In this document: positions 54,645-61,963 of the stretch, one piece after another
How positions within the stretch are numbered: position 1 is the first letter of the stretch
Layout: each line of letters opens with the position of its first letter
Assembly (NCBI GenBank): GCA_964591195.1
Contig: CAZPZY010000001.1
Span: 7,111 to 71,110, forward strand
Reading direction: 5' to 3'
Length of the DNA stretch: 64,000 bases
Source of the DNA: an uncultured Candidatus Saccharibacteria bacterium
GTDB lineage: Bacteria; Patescibacteriota; Minisyncoccia; Minisyncoccales; JAGGSE01
Notes under the pieces: model-generated
Databases searched by the model: none
What the model was told of the DNA's origin: nothing
What the model saw: the letters and a program-made list of their open reading frames with translations, nothing else
Translations under genes and position numbers: made by a program

Positions 54645-56195
54645 ATGGCTTTTGAAAAAGAAAACAAGGAACTAAAAAGACGTTTAAATGCCTTGGAGCC
54701 GCCTGAGACAGTTGAGAAGCAACACCAAAAAGGGAAAATGACTGCCCGAGAGCGAATAGAGGTGCTTTTGGATCCAGAAACCTTTGTTGAGTTAAATCCT
54801 TTTGCTGAAACCAGAATTTCTTCTTTTGGGCTAGATAAAAAGAGATGCCCCGGAGACGGGGTAATCTGCGGGTTTGGGAAAATCAGAGGGAGGCAGGTCT
54901 ATGTTTTTTCCCAGGATTTTTCAAAGATCGGCGGAACATTGGGGGAGACCCATGGGAAGAAAATTTTAGGCGTTTACGAACTGGCTCTAAAGACCGGCTG
55001 TCCTATTATCGGTATTTACGACTCAGGAGGAGCCAGAATTCAGGAAGGGGTTGCCTCTTTGGATGCCTATGGCGAAATTTTCAGGATGCAGGTAAAATCC
55101 TCAGGAGTAATTCCTCAGTTATCAATAATTGTCGGTCCTTCTGCCGGCGGAGCCTGCTACGGCCCAGGACTTTCTGATTTCGTCTTTATGGTCAGGGGAA
55201 TCTCCTTTATGTTTATCACAGGACCCGAGGTGATTAGTAAGGTTGTTGGAGAAAAAATTTCAGCCCAAGACCTGGGAGGAGCGGTCTGTCATTCTCAAAA
55301 ATCTGGGACTGCCCATTTTATTTTTGAGAGTGAAAAGGATTGTTTCCGAGCGGTAAGGAAACTTCTCTCATATCTGCCCCAGAATAATTTAGAAAATCCT
55401 CCAGAGCAGAAAGCCATAATTTCAGGATTTCTTGAGACAAGGGAAAGGATTAGATTATTGGAGATTGTCCCCGAGGAAGAGAAAAAGGGGTATGAAATGA
55501 AGCAGGTGATTTCAGAGATTTTTGATAAGGATTCATTTTTTGAGGTCCAGCCGGAGTTTGCCCAAAATTCAATAGTGGGATTTGCCCGGCTAAATGGACA
55601 TACCGTAGGGGTGGTGGCAAACCAGCCAAGGGTCTTGGCTGGCGTTTTAGATATTAACTCCTCTGACAAGATATCAAGGTTTGTAAGATTCTGCGACGCC
55701 TTTAACATCCCTATTATCAACCTGGTCGATTGTCCGGGCTATTTACCTGGCAAGGAGCAGGAATGGGAAGGGATTATCAGGCATGGGGCAAAGGTCTTAT
55801 ACGCCTATGCCCAAGCCACTGTTCCCAAGATATCTCTGATTTTAAGAAAGGCATTTGGTGGTGCTTATATTGCCTTGGCGGCAAAGGGCCTGGGCTATGA
55901 CAGTGTGATTTCCTGGCCTGGGGCTCAGATTGCGGTAATGGGACCAGAACAGGCAGTGAAAATTATTTTCAAAAAAGAAATTTCAGAAAGCAAGAACCCG
56001 GAAGTCCTGGAAAAAGAAAAAATCAAGGAATTAAAAGAGAAATTTTTGAACCCCTATGAAGCGGCGCGATTGGGCAAGATTGATTTAATTATAAATCCAA
56101 AAGACACAAGGACTGTTTTGGTCAAATCCTTAGAGTCCCTTTTGAATAAAAGAGAACCCCGGGTTATCAGAAAACACGGCAACATCCCCCTTTAA
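54645..56195 (+). CDS. acyl-CoA carboxylase carboxyltransferase subunit (PccB/MmdA-like)
   Basis: 516-aa carboxyl-transferase-domain protein with tandem crotonase-like halves; clustered with accC/accB/birA. Confidence 0.8.
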   Translation: MAFEKENKELKRRLNALEPPETVEKQHQKGKMTARERIEVLLDPETFVELNPFAETRISSFGLDKKRCPGDGVICGFGKIRGRQVYVFSQDFSKIGGTLGETHGKKILGVYELALKTGCPIIGIYDSGGARIQEGVASLDAYGEIFRMQVKSSGVIPQLSIIVGPSAGGACYGPGLSDFVFMVRGISFMFITGPEVISKVVGEKISAQDLGGAVCHSQKSGTAHFIFESEKDCFRAVRKLLSYLPQNNLENPPEQKAIISGFLETRERIRLLEIVPEEEKKGYEMKQVISEIFDKDSFFEVQPEFAQNSIVGFARLNGHTVGVVANQPRVLAGVLDINSSDKISRFVRFCDAFNIPIINLVDCPGYLPGKEQEWEGIIRHGAKVLYAYAQATVPKISLILRKAFGGAYIALAAKGLGYDSVISWPGAQIAVMGPEQAVKIIFKKEISESKNPEVLEKEKIKELKEKFLNPYEAARLGKIDLIINPKDTRTVLVKSLESLLNKREPRVIRKHGNIPL

Positions 56196-56234
56196 AGGTG
56201 TTTTTTTGGAGCATAATATGTTATAAAATTGATA

Positions 56235-56476
56235 AAATGCAAAATGCAAATCTCAAAATGACAATTCAAAATGCAAAATTATTTTTAAACCCAAAGCGTA
56301 AAGCGCAAAGTGTAAAGCTAAAGCGTAAAGCTTAAAGCTATAAAAGAAAGGTTTCGCTTTTCGCTTTAAGTTGTAGTTTTGCGCTTTGCGCTTTGAGCTT
56401 TGCGCTTGAATGTTGATTTTGAATTTTGAGATTTAAGATTATCATTTTGATTTTTGATTTTTGCATTTTGAATTTT
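56235..56476. repeat. AT-rich imperfect palindromic intergenic repeat, copy C, with nested GC-richer inner palindrome
   Basis: Outer arms AAAATGCAAAATGCAAATCTCAAAATGA... / ...TCATTTTGATTTTTGATTTTTGCATTTTG; inner arms (AAAGCGTAAAGCGCAAAG)n / (CTTTGCGCTTTGCGCTTT)n. Confidence 0.6.
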
Positions 56477-56481
56477 AAATT

Positions 56482-56616
56482 ATGTCCATCACCTACCAAC
56501 CAAAAAAGAGAAAAAGGAAAAGAACCCACGGATTTCTGAAGAGAATGAAAAGCAAGGACGGAAGAAAAGTGTTGGCAAGAAGGAGGAAGAAAAAAAGATG
56601 GAGAATATCGGTCTGA
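56482..56616 (+). CDS. rpmH: 50S ribosomal protein L34 (missed by the ORF track: 44 aa)
   Basis: Translation [44 protein letters not shown] matches the L34 consensus (…QP..KRKR.HGFR.RM.T..GR.VL..RR.KGR..L.V). Confidence 0.85.
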   Translation: MSITYQPKKRKRKRTHGFLKRMKSKDGRKVLARRRKKKRWRISV

Positions 56617-56621
56617 GTGAT

Positions 56622-56966
56622 ATGTTGCCGAGAGAAAATCGTTTGAGGAAGAACAAAGACATAAAAAATGTCTTGACAAGGGGCAAGCCAGTAAGAGAGA
56701 ATTTTTTATTTTTGAAGATTGTCAAGAATGATTTAGAATCTCCGCGCTTTGCCATTGTTGTAGGAAAGAACCTTTCCAAAAAGGCGGTGATTAGGAATAA
56801 ATTGAAGCGCCGAATTTCAGAAATAATAAGAATAAAGTTAAAAATGAATGAAATAAAACCAGTAGATGGAGTTGTTATTGCCCTGCCCGGAGCAGAAAGA
56901 ATGGACTTTAGTGGACTCAAGCAGGCAATTGAGAAAATTTTTGCCAAAGCAAAACTAATAAAATGA
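56622..56966 (+). CDS. rnpA: ribonuclease P protein component (start probably MLPRENRL)
   Basis: RLRKNKDIKNVLTRG...FAIVVGKNLSKKAVIRNKLKRRISE matches the RnpA RNR motif region; directly downstream of rpmH. Confidence 0.75.
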   Translation: MLPRENRLRKNKDIKNVLTRGKPVRENFLFLKIVKNDLESPRFAIVVGKNLSKKAVIRNKLKRRISEIIRIKLKMNEIKPVDGVVIALPGAERMDFSGLKQAIEKIFAKAKLIK

Positions 56967-57688
56967 ATTTAATTATTTATCTTTACCATATATTGCTATA
57001 CCAGCCACTATATAATAGTTTGGTCCTTTTATATCACTATCTACCTGGCCATGATTTTGGATTGAGTATAATTGTTTTGACCTTGGTGGTACGGGTGATT
57101 CTCTATCCCCTGATGCATAGTTCTCTAAAGTCCCAAAAGGCAATGTCTGCTCTTCAGCCAAAACTCCAAGAGATTCAAAGAAAACACAAGGGTGATTTAG
57201 CCAAACAAAGTCAGGCAATTATGGAACTCTATCGTAAAGAGAAGATTAATCCTGCTTCAGGATTTTTGTCTCTTCTAATTCAACTTCCTCTTTTGATTGC
57301 TCTTTACCAGGTTTTTTGGAAATTTTCCACTCCCGGTCAGGTGGTTTATCTTTATAGTTTTGTTCCCAACCCAGGAGAAATTGAACCGATGTTTTTAAAC
57401 CTCTTGAACCTGGCAGAACCATCAGTCCCTTTGGCGATTTTGGCTGGCATTTTTCAATTTTTTCAGACCAAAATGATTACCCCTCCTAGTAAAAAAGGTG
57501 GTTCAAAAGATAGTATGAGCCGATTTACCCAGCTCTTTCAAAAAGAGATGCTTTATTTCTTCCCCATTTTTACGGTTTTAATTCTTTGGCGCCTTCCCAG
57601 CGCTATTGGCCTTTTTTGGATAACAACAACCCTATTCTCAATTGGACAACAATATATGGTTTATGGAAAAGGAGATTCTAATTCCTAA
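56963..57688 (+). CDS. yidC: membrane protein insertase YidC (short form)
   Basis: ...YQPLYNSLVLL...LSIIVLTLVVRVILYPL...NPASGFLSLLIQLPLLIALYQVF conserved YidC/Oxa1 core; canonical position after rnpA. Confidence 0.8.
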   Translation: MNLIIYLYHILLYQPLYNSLVLLYHYLPGHDFGLSIIVLTLVVRVILYPLMHSSLKSQKAMSALQPKLQEIQRKHKGDLAKQSQAIMELYRKEKINPASGFLSLLIQLPLLIALYQVFWKFSTPGQVVYLYSFVPNPGEIEPMFLNLLNLAEPSVPLAILAGIFQFFQTKMITPPSKKGGSKDSMSRFTQLFQKEMLYFFPIFTVLILWRLPSAIGLFWITTTLFSIGQQYMVYGKGDSNS

Positions 57689-58124
57689 GATAAAGGAAAT
57701 TATTGGCCAATTTTTGAATAAATCAGGGCTTGATATTACCCTCAAAAAGGTAGAGCAAGTCGAGCAGACCATCTTTTTGGATTTAGAGGGAGAAGATGCC
57801 AAGCATCTTATTGGCCAACGGGGGGAGGTATTGTTTGAGATTGAGCATCTCTTAAAGGCGATCTTGAGAAGAAAACTTAAAGAGGAATTTTACATTAATT
57901 TAGACATCGCCGGTTATCGGAAGAAAAAGGACAGATACCTACGCCAGCTAGCCCGTTCCCTTGCCCAAGAGGTGGCTTTGACCAAAACCGAGAAAGAACT
58001 TCCTCCAATGCCTCCGGCTGAAAGAAGGATAATTCATCTGGAATTGGCATCTATGCCCAATGTGACAACCCAGAGCATTGGCAAGGAGCCAAACCGACGG
58101 GTGATCATCCAGCCGTATCCCTAA
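57642..58124 (+). CDS. jag: Jag/KhpB-family R3H RNA-binding protein
   Basis: C-terminal R3H motif PPAERRIIHLELASMPNVTTQSIGKEPNRRVIIQP; canonical position after yidC. Confidence 0.7.
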   Translation: MDNNIWFMEKEILIPKIKEIIGQFLNKSGLDITLKKVEQVEQTIFLDLEGEDAKHLIGQRGEVLFEIEHLLKAILRRKLKEEFYINLDIAGYRKKKDRYLRQLARSLAQEVALTKTEKELPPMPPAERRIIHLELASMPNVTTQSIGKEPNRRVIIQPYP

Positions 58125-59937
58125 GTTCTTTCTCTGATTTTTTCATTTCTCTTATTTTCAAAAGTTCTTCAGGTGAGGTAGTGATAATCTGATGCTCAAT
58201 ATCTGATGAGACAACCCTTAACATAACATGTTTGGGCCCGGCAAAGAAAAGCCCTTCCCCAACTGCTGCCCCCAGAAGAAATTCTTTTTCTGCTTCAGTT
58301 AGATTGAATGTCTTTTGGAGAATATCAATGGAGGCAGGGCTCTGCTTCATCAAAAATTGAATGACCGAATTGGTAATAATAGGCGGACCATAGATTGACC
58401 TCATAAAGTCGCTAACATCCTGGGTAATTGTTGTTACCCCCAACCAATACTTTCTTGCCCTTTTGCATATACCAAAGAGAAAGGAAGCCGAGTCTTCACT
58501 TTTCATTAGCCACCAGGCCTCGTCAACAACCAGAATTCTCTTTTTCAATTCCGAGCGAACCTTATTCCAGATATACCTCATAATAATAAACATTGCCATT
58601 GGTCTTAATTCATCTTCTATGTCCCTGATGCCAAAAACAACCAAGGGCTTATTCATTGAGATATTGCTTGGCTGGTTAAAGAAGTCAGCGTAGGTTCCCT
58701 TGGTAAATTTTCTTAACCGCTTTACCAATGAATCTGCTCCTTCCATACCCATCAAGACCTGTTCCAGGTCTTCCATTAGTGGGGTTTTCGCCCGCCAGGT
58801 TGAAGGGTCGGTTTCCGGGGTAATATCCTTGATAGCGTATGTTTCGGTCAATGCCCTGTCCATAATCGCGTCTTCTTCTGGGGTCAAGCCGCCTAACATC
58901 AGCCGCATCAGCCCTACCAGATTGATAACATTTGACCTTAAGACGTCTTTTGGCAGTTCACCTTCCCTTATATTCTCCGGCAGGTCAAAGGGATTAATAT
59001 GGTTTGGTGAGGACAAAGAAATGTTGATAAACGAGCCCCCAACTGCTTCGGCTAATGGTTTGTATTCGTTTTCTGGGTCAATAACAATGCACTCTACCCC
59101 AAACATCAGATAGCGAAGTATCTCTAACTTAACGGCATAGGACTTACCACTGCCTGATTTAGCGAAGACAACAGAATTGGCATTTTCCAGATTAAATCTG
59201 TCAAACAAAACCAAGGAGTTGTTGTGCTGATTTATTCCGTACAGGATCCCTTCGTTAGCGCTCAGGTCAGAAGAGATAAAGGGAAAGATTGAAGAGAGGG
59301 GAGAGGTGTTCATTGAGGTATGAATCTTTAATTTGTCCAATCCATAGGGAAGACAGGAGTTAAATGCCTCTCTTTGCTGGTAAAGGGCCGGCTTGATGTA
59401 GACCAGTCTTGATTCCAGAATTGACCTAATAATTGTCTTTACATCCCTGATTTCCTTCCTTGTATCTCCATAAATGGTTATGTAAACACCGAGCCTGAAC
59501 ATCCTTTCCTGGCCAGTTTGAAGTTTTCTTCTTAGGTCTTCTATGTCGCGAAAGGAGGTTTCCAGCTTCGGATCGCTTATTAGTCCCTTCTTTTCCCTTT
59601 CGGCCAGTTCTGCCTGTATCTCGGTTGTTTTTTTCATAAGTTGCTTTAGAACATAACCAGTAGGCATCGGATGGATAAAGAAAGAAAGAAGAAGAGGTGA
59701 ATTTAGATTAATTACCGGCGCGACCCAGCCAGTACTTAGATACCTGGGATAGGAGAATACAAAAAACGACTTTGCCAATCTCTCTCCTAACTGGATAAAT
59801 TCCGGTTCAACCTTAACCGAGGCCGGGGCAATAAAGTCAACTATTGCCATCTCTTCTTCTTTTATCTCTTCCATTTCCAGGGCAGGACCTTTCTTCTTTT
59901 TCTTTATGGACTCAAGAATTTTAGAAATAAAAGTCAT
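58105..59937 (-). CDS. VirB4/TraC/TrbE-family type IV secretion ATPase
   Basis: Walker A VVFAKSGSGKSYAV; Walker B LVVDEAWWLM; GVTTITQDVSDF sensor region; 610 aa. Confidence 0.75.
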   Translation of the reverse strand: MTFISKILESIKKKKKGPALEMEEIKEEEMAIVDFIAPASVKVEPEFIQLGERLAKSFFVFSYPRYLSTGWVAPVINLNSPLLLSFFIHPMPTGYVLKQLMKKTTEIQAELAEREKKGLISDPKLETSFRDIEDLRRKLQTGQERMFRLGVYITIYGDTRKEIRDVKTIIRSILESRLVYIKPALYQQREAFNSCLPYGLDKLKIHTSMNTSPLSSIFPFISSDLSANEGILYGINQHNNSLVLFDRFNLENANSVVFAKSGSGKSYAVKLEILRYLMFGVECIVIDPENEYKPLAEAVGGSFINISLSSPNHINPFDLPENIREGELPKDVLRSNVINLVGLMRLMLGGLTPEEDAIMDRALTETYAIKDITPETDPSTWRAKTPLMEDLEQVLMGMEGADSLVKRLRKFTKGTYADFFNQPSNISMNKPLVVFGIRDIEDELRPMAMFIIMRYIWNKVRSELKKRILVVDEAWWLMKSEDSASFLFGICKRARKYWLGVTTITQDVSDFMRSIYGPPIITNSVIQFLMKQSPASIDILQKTFNLTEAEKEFLLGAAVGEGLFFAGPKHVMLRVVSSDIEHQIITTSPEELLKIREMKKSEKELRDTAG

Positions 59938-59938
59938 A

Positions 59939-60580
59939 TTACCTTATTAGTTGGGGAGGAATTGGCGGGAAATAACCTCTTTCAGCTGTTTTGGGATGAT
60001 GAAGATTCCAAAAAAGTTCTATTATTTGCTCGCTTTTTAGAAGTATGGCGTTCAGACCGCACCTTTTTAGCCCCAAAGAAAGAAATTCTACTCTTTGAAG
60101 AAGGAGGGTTTTGCACTTTTGAAATTGGCTTTCAGTTAAGGACAGCCCCTTTAGTTTTTTTTCTTTTTCACCTTTTTTAAGCATAAGCCCTTCAACCTCT
60201 ACCGGGTAAAGGGGAACAATTAAATAAAAACTTTTGGTCATAATCGTTCCGCTGGCTATTAATCTTTCAATAAATTCCCGATATCCTTTTGTCTGGTCCC
60301 TTAGGAGTTTGTTTTGCTGATTCTCTTCTAACTCTTTCAATTTCTCTACATAGCCGGTAAGGTTCAACCGTTGGGTGTGGACAACAATTTGGCAAAAAAA
60401 GTCCAGAGAATTGAGCAGGTTCTGAAACTGATATATGATTGCCTCCTGTTCTTCGCCTGATTTTAGGGCAAAGTTTAGCGAGGAGGTCAATAAAATTGCC
60501 CTTAAACTTCCATCCTTCAAGATGGCAATATTTTCTCTCACGTCCTTAATTTCCAAAAAGTGTTGGATTGGCGTTTTCAT
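59939..60580 (-). CDS. hypothetical protein in T4SS-like operon
   Basis: 213-aa ORF tightly coupled (2-nt gap) to the virB4-like gene; no recognisable motif. Confidence 0.4.
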   Translation of the reverse strand: MKTPIQHFLEIKDVRENIAILKDGSLRAILLTSSLNFALKSGEEQEAIIYQFQNLLNSLDFFCQIVVHTQRLNLTGYVEKLKELEENQQNKLLRDQTKGYREFIERLIASGTIMTKSFYLIVPLYPVEVEGLMLKKGEKEKKLKGLSLTESQFQKCKTLLLQRVEFLSLGLKRCGLNAILLKSEQIIELFWNLHHPKTAERGYFPPIPPQLIR

Positions 60581-60585
60581 ATTTT

Positions 60586-61023
60586 TTATTGTCTCCGACC
60601 AGTTTCAACCCGGATTGAAAGATTACGAAGTCGGTTTTCAGAGGAGGTCTTTTGGGGCAGGTTTCTTTTAGACAGATCTAAAGATGGCGAGGATGACCTG
60701 ACAAATGTTTCGGTAAACAAATCAGAGCCAAAGGACTTTTTCTTAAAGATAAAGAATTTCGGCGAACTGAGGTAATAAACAAATAGATTTTTTAGAAAGG
60801 TGGGGAAAGGTCGGCCCTTTATCTTGCCAAAGGCAAGAAAAAGGAAAAATCCGGCTATGGGCAGGGCTAAAAGCACAAACAGGGCAGTGTTTTTTTTGCC
60901 TAAAATTAGGTAAAGGATAAAGTCCAGCCCTGCTCCACTTGCCACAAAGAGAAACTGCTTGAAGGTAAGCGGACCTACTATCTTTGTTTCCATTTCAATA
61001 AATTGTGGAACTCCGTATTGCAT
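60586..61023 (-). CDS. small membrane protein (2 predicted TM helices), VirB3-like candidate
   Basis: Hydrophobic segments FLFVASGAGLDFILYLILG and LFVLLALPIAGFFLFLAFG; position immediately upstream of the VirB4-like ATPase operon. Confidence 0.4.
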   Translation of the reverse strand: MQYGVPQFIEMETKIVGPLTFKQFLFVASGAGLDFILYLILGKKNTALFVLLALPIAGFFLFLAFGKIKGRPFPTFLKNLFVYYLSSPKFFIFKKKSFGSDLFTETFVRSSSPSLDLSKRNLPQKTSSENRLRNLSIRVETGRRQ

Positions 61024-61034
61024 AGTGATATTAC

Positions 61035-61370
61035 AAATTCGAATTTCGAATATCGAAATCCTTCATCCCGCAGCTTTTCTCCTTTAACAACAAGAGGTTT
61101 CAATTAAATTACTAAATAAATTATCAATTATTCACCTTGAATAACTATCAAAAGGTGCGGGATAAACAAATTCGAATGTTCAAATGCTCAAAATTAAATG
61201 CAAAATGCAAAAATCAAAAATCAAAATGAAAGATTAAAATGCAAAAAGAATTCTCTTTGAATTTTTCTTTTTCATTTTGCATTTTGATTTTTGATTTTTG
61301 ATTTTTGATTTGGTTTGGTTTTGAATTTTGGTCATTGTTTCGAATTTCGGATTTCGGATTTCGGATTTTT
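61035..61370. repeat. AT-rich imperfect palindromic intergenic repeat, copy D, interrupted by a 99-bp insert (61065..61163) with perfect 8-bp terminal inverted repeats
   Basis: 61165-61330 >95% identical to copy A (38233-38395); insert bounded by ATCCCGCA ... TGCGGGAT; outer arms (AAATCCGAA)n / (TTCGGATTT)n. Confidence 0.7.
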
Positions 61371-61431
61371 CTCCACTGAGTTTTGAATTAGGATGGTTTG
61401 CCAAATTCAAATTATACCCATTCTCGCTTGC

Positions 61432-61923
61432 TTATTCAATAGGTTCTCTGTATTGGTCTGTTTGTCTTATGGTTTTTTCACCTACCTCCGGTACTTTCGG
61501 TTCCGGTTTTTCTGGTTGTCCTGAAATCGGCTCAGGTGGCTTTATCTCTGCCTCTTCAGATTCTTTCTCTTCTTTTTTAGGTTTAGGACCAGGTGGCTGG
61601 ATTCCATAATAGATCTGATTTAATTCCGCCTTAACTGGCAGAAAGATAAATCGGTTGATGTCGTGAAAAACCTCTTTGCTTAATTTTTCTTCAAAGTTTA
61701 GTATCTCTTCCAATTTTATTCTAAAATCCTCAACAGGTAAAAGTCCAAGCAGGACCCTGCCTATATATTTGGCAATTGCTTGACTTTTATCTGCGATATT
61801 ATGTCTCTGGCAGATTTGGGCAAATATTTTGGCGTTCTCTTGGGAGAAAATTGCTTCCTGGAGAGCAGAGGGAAGTTGTTCGTACAATTTCCACCATTCC
61901 TCCTTTGTGTATTCTTTTTCCAT
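61432..61923 (-). CDS. hypothetical protein with Pro/Glu/Lys-rich C-terminal tail
   Basis: 163-aa ORF between repeat D and the large membrane protein gene. Confidence 0.35.
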   Translation of the reverse strand: MEKEYTKEEWWKLYEQLPSALQEAIFSQENAKIFAQICQRHNIADKSQAIAKYIGRVLLGLLPVEDFRIKLEEILNFEEKLSKEVFHDINRFIFLPVKAELNQIYYGIQPPGPKPKKEEKESEEAEIKPPEPISGQPEKPEPKVPEVGEKTIRQTDQYREPIE

Positions 61924-61963
61924 AAATAAATTAAATTAAACAATTTCTTCACCTAATAATTCT

